A stretch of DNA of 32,000 nucleotides from Flavobacteriaceae bacterium. GTDB lineage: Bacteria; Bacteroidota; Bacteroidia; Flavobacteriales; Flavobacteriaceae. Under the pieces are notes generated by a model. The model worked only from the letters and a program-made list of their open reading frames with translations. It made no database searches and was not told where the DNA came from. A program made the position numbers and the translations under genes. The stretch is taken from positions 930,001 through 962,000 of the forward strand of contig OZ245049.1 in NCBI GenBank assembly GCA_965224465.1, written 5' to 3'. Below, piece after piece: positions 24,176 through 32,000 of this stretch; position 1 is the stretch's first letter; each line of letters begins with the position of its first letter.

Positions 24176-26533
24176 CTATTTTTTTGTTAACAAATTCGTC
24201 AAAACAGTGACAAAAATCACAATAGTTATAGAACTTAAAGGCATTAAAATTGCTGCAACAACGGGTGTTAATTGTCCACTGAGCGCAAAGTACATACCTA
24301 CAATATTATAGAGAAACGAAAGCGCAAAACTAAGTTTAATAATTGCGACGGTTTTTTTTGAATATCTGAGAAAGCTTGGCAAAGAGCCAAACAGACTTGC
24401 ATCCATAATAATGTCACAGGCAGGAGAAAAAACGTTGATATTTTCAGAAATTGAAATTCCTACATTACTTTGCATAAGCGCACCTGCATCATTCAAACCA
24501 TCACCTATCATTAAGACCTTATTATCAGCTTGCATCTTTTTTATAAATAATAATTTGTCTTCAGGTTTTTGATGAAACACCAATTGAGTCCCCTTAGGCA
24601 ATATAGATTCTAAAAATGATTTTTCCCCATCATTATCCCCAGACAGCACCACTAATTTATAATGAACAGCCAAGGCATCAAAAACTTCTTTTAATTGAGG
24701 TCTGTATTTATTTTTTAATTGATAACACCCTTTTACCTGTCCATCTATCTGAACGTATATAGCAGTATCATGTGTGTTTTCTTTTTCCGCTCCAACATAG
24801 GAAGCAGATCCGAATTTTACTTGAATGCCACCTAGAAATGCTTCCACACCTTTACCTAGCTTTTCTTTAAAATTAAGCATCTCCATTTGTTGAAAATCTA
24901 CATTTAAAAAGCGATACAAAGCACGACTTAAAGGGTGATTAGAAGTTCGTAACAAAGATTTAAGAATTATTTGTTCTTGTGTAGACAAGGCAATTCCTTT
25001 ATAGATAATAGCGCTATCTTTTGTACTGGTAAGCGTTCCCGTTTTATCGAATACAATGGCATCAATTTTTGCTAAGTGTTCAACCGTATCTGCATTTTTT
25101 ACATAAAATTTACGATAGCCAAAAATTCTTAAAATATTCCCTAAAGCAAAAGGAGCAGACAAAGCCAAGGCGCAAGGACAAGCAATAATCAGTACCGCCG
25201 TAACCACATTCACGGCAAGACGAATATCTATAAAAGACCAATAGATTCCAGAAATAAGGGCAATTGTTAAGATGGCTATTGTAAAGTATTTACTTATCGA
25301 ATCTGTAAGATTTTTTATTGATTTCGTTGATTTTTTCGAAAACACATCATTCCCCCAAAGCTGCGTCAAATAGCTCTGTGCTATTGTTTCTATGACTTCT
25401 ATTTCTATAGCGCCACCTGTTTGTTTCCCTCCTGCATAAAGTGTATCTCCAGATTTCTTTTGTACTGGATTTGCTTCTCCAGTTACAAAACTATAGTCAA
25501 TTTCTGCATCCCCATTAATTAAAATACAATCTACAGGGATTAATTCTTCATTTCTTATTAGCAATCGATCGGTTTTAGCAATGTCTTGAATCGGAACATT
25601 TACTTCTTTTCCTTCAAAAATTTTAGTAACTGCTATTGGGAAATATGATTTATAATCACGTTCAAAAGATAAATAATTATAGGTTTTCTTTTGGAAAAAT
25701 TTTCCTAATAATAAAAAGAACACGAGCCCTGTTAAACTATCAAAAAAACCAGGACCTAAGTCAAAAAGAACTTCAACAACACTTCGAACAAACAAAACAG
25801 CAATTCCCAAAGATATCGGAACATCAATGTTTAATATTTTATGAGAAATCCCTTTATAGGCACTTATAAAATAATCTCGCGCTGAATAAAACACCACTGG
25901 AATGGACATCACCAAGATAATGCCTCTAAACACATATTTATATTTATTCAACCAGTATTCGTCTACTTCAAAATATTCTGGAAAGGAAAGTAACATTACA
26001 TTTCCAAAAACAAAAGCAGCGATGGTTACTTGATACAACAGTGTTTTATCTGCCTTGTTTTTTGTTCCTTCAGTATCGTCCAAACTTATATATGGTTCAT
26101 ATCCTATAGAACTCATTAGTTCTACCACTTCCCTTAAATTAATTTCTTTATTCTTAAAGGTAAACCGTACTGTTTTATCAGGAAAATTAACTGTAGAGGT
26201 AACAATACCACTATGCAACTTGTTTAAGTTTTCCAAAATCCAAATACAGGAACTACAATGAATGGTCGGAATAAACAATTTAACAACCGAAGTGGTATCA
26301 TCAGAAAAATCAAATAATTTGCGAATGATATCCGTATTTTCAAGATAGGCATATTTTTCTTTGATCTCATTAGGAATGCTTCCTGGTGTTTTTTCGAAAT
26401 CATAATAGCAATTCAATTCACTTTGATGCAAAATTTCAAATACAGTTTTACAGCCGTTACAACAAAAAACTTTCTGATCAATTATGTGTAATTTATCCTC
26501 ACAATCATTTCCACAATGATAACAAACATCCAT
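24176..26533 (-). CDS. ccoI: Copper-translocating P1B-type ATPase CcoI/FixI
   Basis: ORF 24176..26569 starts at TTG; the ATG at 26533 (MDVCYHCGNDC...FCCNGCKTVF) is preferred. Has the CPC motif (IACPCALALS), DKTGTLT and GDGLNDAGAL. Confidence 0.9.
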   Translation of the reverse strand: MDVCYHCGNDCEDKLHIIDQKVFCCNGCKTVFEILHQSELNCYYDFEKTPGSIPNEIKEKYAYLENTDIIRKLFDFSDDTTSVVKLFIPTIHCSSCIWILENLNKLHSGIVTSTVNFPDKTVRFTFKNKEINLREVVELMSSIGYEPYISLDDTEGTKNKADKTLLYQVTIAAFVFGNVMLLSFPEYFEVDEYWLNKYKYVFRGIILVMSIPVVFYSARDYFISAYKGISHKILNIDVPISLGIAVLFVRSVVEVLFDLGPGFFDSLTGLVFFLLLGKFFQKKTYNYLSFERDYKSYFPIAVTKIFEGKEVNVPIQDIAKTDRLLIRNEELIPVDCILINGDAEIDYSFVTGEANPVQKKSGDTLYAGGKQTGGAIEIEVIETIAQSYLTQLWGNDVFSKKSTKSIKNLTDSISKYFTIAILTIALISGIYWSFIDIRLAVNVVTAVLIIACPCALALSAPFALGNILRIFGYRKFYVKNADTVEHLAKIDAIVFDKTGTLTSTKDSAIIYKGIALSTQEQIILKSLLRTSNHPLSRALYRFLNVDFQQMEMLNFKEKLGKGVEAFLGGIQVKFGSASYVGAEKENTHDTAIYVQIDGQVKGCYQLKNKYRPQLKEVFDALAVHYKLVVLSGDNDGEKSFLESILPKGTQLVFHQKPEDKLLFIKKMQADNKVLMIGDGLNDAGALMQSNVGISISENINVFSPACDIIMDASLFGSLPSFLRYSKKTVAIIKLSFALSFLYNIVGMYFALSGQLTPVVAAILMPLSSITIVIFVTVLTNLLTKK

Positions 26534-26557
26534 GCGCAGCGAATTATTAATTTTTAA

Positions 26558-26565
26558 CAAATCTA
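26558..26565 (-). promoter_or_regulatory. Candidate -7 box (TAnnTTTG) for ccoI
   Basis: Minus-strand tagatttg, 25 nt upstream of the ATG at 26533. Confidence 0.35.
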
Positions 26566-26584
26566 ACAATTTATAAGTTCCGAC

Positions 26585-26602
26585 AAATGATAAATATCAT
26601 TT
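26585..26602. promoter_or_regulatory. FNR/CRP-type box, inverted repeat AAATGATA-AA-TATCATTT
   Basis: TGAT-N4-ATCA core at the midpoint of the 118-bp divergent ccoI / Crp-Fnr spacer. Confidence 0.65.
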
Positions 26603-26610
26603 ATTTTTAT

Positions 26611-26618
26611 TATATTTG
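26611..26618 (+). promoter_or_regulatory. Candidate -7 box (TAnnTTTG) for the Crp/Fnr gene
   Basis: tatatttg, 34 nt upstream of the ATG at 26652. Confidence 0.35.
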
Positions 26619-26651
26619 TACTCCCTAAAACACCCGACTAAACTAACAATT

Positions 26652-27338
26652 ATGAGTAAATGTGGACAATGTATTATTAAAAGTTTCAATGCTTTTCATA
26701 CACTTACAATTGAAGAATTAGATACCATATCTGATCACAAAACTTCTCTAATAATCAAAAAAGGTGAAAACCTTATGACTGAAGGTCATGCTATAAATGG
26801 ACTTTACTGTATAAAACAAGGAAAATGTAAATTAACAAAACTAAACACCAACGGAAAGGAACAAATTATAAAATTTGTTAAAGGAGGTGATATCTTAGGA
26901 CATCGTTCTATTTTGAGTGAAGAACCTGTTGGATTGACCGTTACAGCTTTAGAAGAGATGAAAGTGTGCTTTATTCCTAAAGGAGACATTATGCAAACCA
27001 TCAACCAAAACACCGCATTTTCTTTACAATTGATGAAAAACATTTCTAACCAGCTAAATCACGCAAATGAGTCCATCTCCCAAATGGCTCAAAAACCTGT
27101 AAAAGACAGACTTGCTGAAACTTTGCTGAATTTAGAAGAAATTTTTGGTGTAGACAAGGACGGAAACATAGACATTGTGTTGACCCGAGAAGAAATAGCA
27201 AACACCATTGGTACTGCTACGGAATCTGCCATTCGTTTACTATCAAATTTCAAAAAAGAAAAAATTATAATGCTGCAAGGAAAGCAAATAAAGCTATTAG
27301 ACAAAAACACACTAAGAAATATTTCGGAAGGATATTAA
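26652..27338 (+). CDS. Crp/Fnr-family transcriptional regulator
   Basis: ORF 26616..27338 starts at TTG; the ATG at 26652 (MSKCGQCII) is preferred. cNMP-binding-like fold with a C-terminal HTH REEIANTIGTATESAIRLLS, where E and R are spaced as in the FNR recognition helix. Cys at 4, 7, 53, 59 and 106. Confidence 0.88.
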   Translation: MSKCGQCIIKSFNAFHTLTIEELDTISDHKTSLIIKKGENLMTEGHAINGLYCIKQGKCKLTKLNTNGKEQIIKFVKGGDILGHRSILSEEPVGLTVTALEEMKVCFIPKGDIMQTINQNTAFSLQLMKNISNQLNHANESISQMAQKPVKDRLAETLLNLEEIFGVDKDGNIDIVLTREEIANTIGTATESAIRLLSNFKKEKIIMLQGKQIKLLDKNTLRNISEGY

Positions 27339-27356
27339 TTAAATCAAGACCCCTAT

Positions 27357-27400
27357 AAAAAACCCCATTAAAATATTAATTTTAATGGGGTTTTTATTTT
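27357..27400. terminator. Bidirectional terminator hairpin
   Basis: aaaaaccccattaaaat-att-aattttaatggggttttt followed by atttt. Sits between convergent genes. Confidence 0.8.
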
Positions 27401-27414
27401 TATAAAAATGTTTT

Positions 27415-28668
27415 TTAAGACTTCGCCATCATAGCGGCCGCAATTCTCTTATAAACACCTCCTGTTAATTTTTCTCTAATTCCAGAAAACGCATTGAGTG
27501 TAATTTCTACATCCTCTAAATTATGCATCGCCGTAGGAATTAAACGTAAAATAATTAATCCTTTAGGAATTACAGGATACACAACAATAGAACAAAACAC
27601 TTTGTAATTTTCTCGTAAATCATTTACCATAGCCATCGCTTCAGGAATATCTCCTTTCAAATACACAGGAGTCACACAAGAATTGGTAGCTCCGATGTCA
27701 AATCCATTGTCTTTTAATCCATTTTGAAGTGCATTTGTGATTTCCCACAATTTATTTTTCAATTCTGGCATCGTACGAATCATATCCAAACGCTTCAAAG
27801 CACCTTTCACCATTGCCATAGGCAAAGATTTGGCAAACATTTGAGAGCGCATATTGTATTGTAAAAACTGAATAATATCTTTATCTGCAGCAAAGAATGC
27901 CCCAATACCAGCCATTGACTTCGCAAAGGTTGCAAAATACAAATCTATTTCATCTTGAACACCTTGCTCTACGCCTGCACCTCTTCCTCCTTCTCCAAGA
28001 GTTCCAAAACCATGAGCATCATCTACTAAGAATCTAAACCCATATTTACTTTTTAAAGCTACAATTTCTTTTAGTTTCCCTTGCATTCCTCTCATACCGA
28101 AAACACCTTCCGAAATCACTAAAATACCGCCTCCAGTTTCATTCGCAATTTTAGTAGCACGTTGTAAGTTTTTCTCTAAACTTTCAATATCATTATGTTT
28201 AAAAGTATACCTTTTACCGTGGTGTAAACGCACCCCATCGATAATACACGCATGACAATCTACGTCATAGACAATTACATCATGCTTGGTAACCAAAGCA
28301 TCGATGGCAGAAACCATTCCTTGATATCCAAAGTTCACTAAATAGGCTGATTCTTTATGAACAAACTCTGCACATTCTTCCTCTAACTGCTCATGAAATT
28401 TTGTGTGTCCAGACATCATTCTAGCCCCCATAGGATACGCCATTCCGTGTTCCATAGCTGCTTCTCCGTCTGCTTTAATTACCTCTGGATGATTTGCCAA
28501 TCCTAAATAATCGTTGATACTCCAAGTAACCAGTTCTTTACCATTGAATGACATTCTGTTTGAAATAGGCCCTTCTAATTTTGGAAATACATAATACCCT
28601 TCTGCTTGCTTCGCCCACTTTCCAAGAGGTCCTTTATCTTTTATAATTCTTTCAAATAAATCTTTCAT
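27415..28668 (-). CDS. Alpha-oxoamine synthase family PLP enzyme (Kbl/BioF/Spt-like; candidate cysteate-C-fatty acyltransferase CapB)
   Basis: 417 aa with WSINDYLGLANHPEV, DDAHGFG and the PLP-lysine region FATFAKSMAG. Longer than a typical Kbl or BioF. Confidence 0.8.
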   Translation of the reverse strand: MKDLFERIIKDKGPLGKWAKQAEGYYVFPKLEGPISNRMSFNGKELVTWSINDYLGLANHPEVIKADGEAAMEHGMAYPMGARMMSGHTKFHEQLEEECAEFVHKESAYLVNFGYQGMVSAIDALVTKHDVIVYDVDCHACIIDGVRLHHGKRYTFKHNDIESLEKNLQRATKIANETGGGILVISEGVFGMRGMQGKLKEIVALKSKYGFRFLVDDAHGFGTLGEGGRGAGVEQGVQDEIDLYFATFAKSMAGIGAFFAADKDIIQFLQYNMRSQMFAKSLPMAMVKGALKRLDMIRTMPELKNKLWEITNALQNGLKDNGFDIGATNSCVTPVYLKGDIPEAMAMVNDLRENYKVFCSIVVYPVIPKGLIILRLIPTAMHNLEDVEITLNAFSGIREKLTGGVYKRIAAAMMAKS

Positions 28669-28782
28669 TTGTATCTTTTTTGAATGTTTTTGAGCATTTC
28701 TGGCTCAAAAACATGCATTTTCAAGTCATTTTTACTCTTTGCAAATTACGTGTTTTTTTTTGGTCAAAAAAAATGTATCCCA

Positions 28783-28820
28783 ATAAAAAAGAGATTTCTA
28801 GCATGCTAAAAATCTCTTTA
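28783..28820 (-). terminator. Candidate minus-strand terminator after the CBS/CysK-like gene
   Basis: Minus strand reads aaagagattt-ttagcatgctag-aaatctcttt followed by TTTTATT. Confidence 0.5.
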
Positions 28821-28839
28821 AATAAAATATAAAATATTC

Positions 28840-29877
28840 TTATTTAATAAACTCTACGGGTGCATGTGGGACTCTTTGAGTATCAAAAAAGCCTTGTTCT
28901 TGCATCCATTCATCACTATAAATTTTACTCATATATCGCGAACCATGGTCTGGAAAAATAAGTACTACTTTACTATTGTGATCAAACATTCCTTGCGCTC
29001 CATACTGGAGTACTCCTTGCAATACTGCTCCGGAGGTATATCCCGCAAAAATAGCTTCTGTAGTTGCTAAAGATCTTGCTGTATGTGCAGAATCTTCATC
29101 AGATACTTTTTCAAATTGATCAATAATTTCAAAATCTGTCACAGTAGGAATCAAGTTTTTTCCAAGTCCTTCAATTCTATAAGGATAGATTTCATTACTG
29201 TCAAATTCGCCCGTTTCATGAAACTTTTTAAGAATAGATCCAAAAGCATCCACTCCCAAAATTTTTATAGCAGGATTTTGTTCTTTTAAAAACTTAGCGG
29301 TACCAGAAATAGTACCACCCGTTCCACTTGCAGCCACCAAATGGGTAATTTCACCATTGGTTTGATTCCAAATTTCGGGTCCTGTAGAATTGTAATGTGC
29401 TTCTGAATTCAAGGCATTGAAATACTGATTGATATACACAGAATTGGCAGTTTCGGCATGCAATCGTTTCGCAACTTCGTAATACGATCTTGGGTCATCG
29501 GCTTTTACATGTGCTGGACATATATATACTTTGGCTCCCATCGCCTTTAACATATCTATTTTGTCCTTAGATGATTTTGAGCTTACTGCTAAAATACATT
29601 TATAACCTTTAATGATACTAACCATCGCCAAACTAAACCCTGTATTACCAGAGGTTGTTTCGATAATGGTAGAATCTGAATTTAACAAGCCTTTCTTCTC
29701 TGCTGCTTCTATAATGTGTAAAGCAATTCTATCTTTCATAGAATGGCCTGGATTGGCACCTTCTAGTTTAGCATAAAATTCACCTTGTAAATGGCTGGTT
29801 ATTCTATTTAATTGAACCATTGGTGTATTACCAATAAGGTCCAATATATTATGGGAAATTCCTTTATAATTTTTCAT
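28840..29877 (-). CDS. Fold-type II PLP enzyme, cysteine synthase / cystathionine beta-synthase-like without CBS domains (candidate cysteate synthase CapA)
   Basis: 345 aa with PLP-lysine motif GHSMKDR, TSGNTG and SGTGGTISG. Confidence 0.8.
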   Translation of the reverse strand: MKNYKGISHNILDLIGNTPMVQLNRITSHLQGEFYAKLEGANPGHSMKDRIALHIIEAAEKKGLLNSDSTIIETTSGNTGFSLAMVSIIKGYKCILAVSSKSSKDKIDMLKAMGAKVYICPAHVKADDPRSYYEVAKRLHAETANSVYINQYFNALNSEAHYNSTGPEIWNQTNGEITHLVAASGTGGTISGTAKFLKEQNPAIKILGVDAFGSILKKFHETGEFDSNEIYPYRIEGLGKNLIPTVTDFEIIDQFEKVSDEDSAHTARSLATTEAIFAGYTSGAVLQGVLQYGAQGMFDHNSKVVLIFPDHGSRYMSKIYSDEWMQEQGFFDTQRVPHAPVEFIK

Positions 29878-29910
29878 AAAATAAATTATGATATTTCTTT
29901 AATTAACATA

Positions 29911-29918
29911 CAAATTTA
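29911..29918 (-). promoter_or_regulatory. Candidate -7 box (TAnnTTTG) for the CBS/CysK-like gene
   Basis: Minus-strand taaatttg, 34 nt upstream of the ATG at 29877. Confidence 0.35.
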
Positions 29919-29933
29919 CTAAAATATTTTTAA

Positions 29934-31997
29934 TTATTCCTTTACATTTTCTAAATCTAGTAAAAAAGCATAATCTATAGCGATCTCTTTTAATGCTTCA
30001 AAACGTCCAGAAGCCCCTCCATGACCGGCATCCATGTTGGTATGTAACAATAGTTGATTTTCATCAGTTTTCATATCTCTTAATTTAGCGACCCATTTTG
30101 CTGGTTCAAAATACTGTACTTGAGAGTCGTGCAAGCCGGTAGTAACTAATATATTTGGATAGGATTGTACTTTTACATTATCATACGGAGAATAGGATTT
30201 CATATATTCATAAGCCTCTTTTTTATTTGGATTCCCCCATTCGTCATATTCTCCTGTTGTCAATGGAATGCTATCATCTAACATGGTTGTAACCACATCT
30301 ACAAAAGGCACACTTGCAATAACTCCATTAAATATTTCTGGGTTCATGTTTAATACAGCTCCCATTAACAGTCCGCCCGCAGAACCTCCACTAGCATATA
30401 AATGAGATGGAGACGTATAATTATTTGCAATTAAATGTTTTCCACAATCAATAAAATCTGTAAATGTATTTTTCTTTTGCATCATTTTTCCATCTTCATA
30501 CCATTGCCTTCCAAGGTATTCCCCTCCACGAATGTGTGCTATTGCAAAAACAAAGCCACGATCTAACAAACTCAATCTTGTAGTACTAAAACTCGGATCA
30601 ATGGTATATCCATAAGACCCATAAGCATATAACAACACTGGTGTATCCTTTGTATACTTGGTGTTTTTATGAGCGACTATAGAAATGGCTACTTTTTTTC
30701 CGTCTCTGGCTGTTGCCCAAATACGTTCACTTTTATAATTAGATTGCTCAAATTTACCTCCTAAGACTTCTTGTTGTTTTAATAATTTTTTAGATTTATC
30801 TACAACATTAAAATCAATTACAGAGCTTGGAGTTGTCATAGAGTTATAGCTATAACGAATGGTATCCGTAACAAATTCTGCATTATAGTATACACCCGCA
30901 GCGTATGTTTCCTCCTCAAAAGGCAAATAATAATCAGCGGTATTATCCCATCGAACAATTCTAATTTTATTCAAGCCATTACTACGCTCCTCTAAAACAT
31001 AAAAATCTTTAAATATGGAAATATCTTCTAACAAAACATCTGCACGGTGTGGAATTACATCCTTCCAATTTTCTTTTGAAAGTTTTCCTTCGGGAGTTTT
31101 CATTACTTTAAAGTTCAGTGCCTTGTCCTTATTTGTATGGATGTAAAAATAACCATCATAATGGGCTACATTGTATTCTAAATCGCGTTCACGTTTTTGA
31201 AACAACTCAAATTCACCTAATGGATTATCCGCTGCTAACAATCTACATTCCGTAGAAACTGTACTATAAGATCCAATAATAATAAATTTATTAGATTTGG
31301 TTTTATACACATAGGTCCCAAAAGTATCGTCCAATTCTTCATAAACCAAGACGTCATTTACAGGATCTGTTCCCAATTCATGTCTATACACTTTATCACT
31401 CCTAAGCGTTACTGCATCTTTTAATGTATAAAAAACTGTTTTATTATCATTTCCCCAAGTAGTACCTCCAGTTGTATTTTCTATTTTTTCATCATAGAAC
31501 TTTCCTGTTTCCAAATTTTTAAAATACAACGTATACTGTCGCCTACTTACAGTATCAATTCCATACGCTGCAATATGATTGTTTGGGCTTACAGACAGTC
31601 CTGTAAATTTATAATAGGTATGTCCTTCTGCCATTACATTTACATCAAAAAGCAATTCGTCTTCAGCATTTAACGATCCTTTTTTACGTGAGTGTATAGG
31701 GTATTGATTTCCTTTTTTAAATTTGGATATATAATAATACCCATTTTTTTTAAAAGGTACAGACTCATCATCTTCTTTAATCCTCCCTTTCATTTCTAAA
31801 AATAAGGATTTTTTAAAATCTTTAGTGTGTGCTGTTAGATCATTATAATAATCATTTTCGGCATTTAGATAGTCAATCACCTTACTATCTTCACGGTTGT
31901 TCAACCAATAGTAATTATCAATTCTTACATCACCATGCTTTTCTAATTTTTTTTCGATCTTAGCTGCTATTGGTGCCGTTTTTATTTCATTCTCCAT
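29934..31997 (-). CDS. ptrB: Oligopeptidase B (protease II), S9A prolyl oligopeptidase family
   Basis: 687 aa. N-terminus HGDVRIDNYYWLNNRED...DYLNAEN matches the protease II signature, with nucleophile GGSAGGLL and a C-terminal DAGHGG. Confidence 0.88.
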   Translation of the reverse strand: MENEIKTAPIAAKIEKKLEKHGDVRIDNYYWLNNREDSKVIDYLNAENDYYNDLTAHTKDFKKSLFLEMKGRIKEDDESVPFKKNGYYYISKFKKGNQYPIHSRKKGSLNAEDELLFDVNVMAEGHTYYKFTGLSVSPNNHIAAYGIDTVSRRQYTLYFKNLETGKFYDEKIENTTGGTTWGNDNKTVFYTLKDAVTLRSDKVYRHELGTDPVNDVLVYEELDDTFGTYVYKTKSNKFIIIGSYSTVSTECRLLAADNPLGEFELFQKRERDLEYNVAHYDGYFYIHTNKDKALNFKVMKTPEGKLSKENWKDVIPHRADVLLEDISIFKDFYVLEERSNGLNKIRIVRWDNTADYYLPFEEETYAAGVYYNAEFVTDTIRYSYNSMTTPSSVIDFNVVDKSKKLLKQQEVLGGKFEQSNYKSERIWATARDGKKVAISIVAHKNTKYTKDTPVLLYAYGSYGYTIDPSFSTTRLSLLDRGFVFAIAHIRGGEYLGRQWYEDGKMMQKKNTFTDFIDCGKHLIANNYTSPSHLYASGGSAGGLLMGAVLNMNPEIFNGVIASVPFVDVVTTMLDDSIPLTTGEYDEWGNPNKKEAYEYMKSYSPYDNVKVQSYPNILVTTGLHDSQVQYFEPAKWVAKLRDMKTDENQLLLHTNMDAGHGGASGRFEALKEIAIDYAFLLDLENVKE

Positions 31998-32000
31998 TGT

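Noticed and set aside
2464-29289. Other short antisense ORFs in the track (2464, 3116, 5844, 7396, 9245, 11121, 11773, 12453, 12708, 16602, 16703, 19751, 19867, 20172, 21259, 22979, 23570, 23625, 25636, 26055, 26804, 27089, 28864, 29083)
   Set aside because: Each is fully nested, on the opposite strand or out of frame, within a long ORF that has clear family motifs. None shows a recognisable motif of its own.

Overview
AT-rich segment (about one-third G+C by eye) that reads like core chromosome of a Flavobacteriia (Bacteroidota) genome. The taxon call rests on a fused ccoNO gene, SD-poor A-rich start contexts and recurrent TAnnTTTG -7 boxes. Gene content, left to right: a secreted retropepsin-like protease (partial, missing from the ORF track), an aminotransferase, murB, an MBL hydrolase, split pntAA/pntAB/pntB transhydrogenase, and a 484-aa conserved unknown. 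Then an ECF sigma / anti-sigma / secreted basic protein triad, a cysteine desulfurase, a lipoprotein, an Smr protein, an ArsC/LMW-phosphatase-like protein and a DUF2752 + CCC-motif membrane pair. A long minus-strand cbb3 oxidase cluster follows (ccoI, ccoS, ccoNO, ccoQ, ccoP, ccoG, fixH-like, DsbD_2/TauE-like) with two translationally coupled PPK2 genes at its 3' end and a divergent Crp/Fnr regulator. The window ends with an alpha-oxoamine synthase + CBS/CysK-like pair (capB/capA-like, sulfonolipid candidates) and oligopeptidase B. I saw no rRNA, tRNA, CRISPR, cas, transposase, integrase or phage genes. The most unusual signal is non-genic: a family of ~150-bp intergenic elements made of module A plus module B. 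It fills the whole murB/MBL convergent spacer as a 6 x 111-bp head-to-tail array capped by 2 x 51-bp B modules. It recurs as single copies immediately after stop codons at 8211 and 10070, as a full-length inverted copy with a diverged interior at 1045-1204 and as an isolated B-module fragment at 14078-14118. Array units 2-6 and the 8211 copy carry a length-conserved 28-codon hydrophobic/cationic mini-ORF, and all copies share a 16-nt core CTAAACC-NN-CACTTGG. Whether this is a MITE/REP/PATE-like mobile repeat, a structured RNA or a small-protein gene array cannot be decided from sequence alone. The second clearest signal is a pair of perfect TGAT-N4-ATCA palindromes placed upstream of ccoI/fnr and of ccoS-ccoNO.
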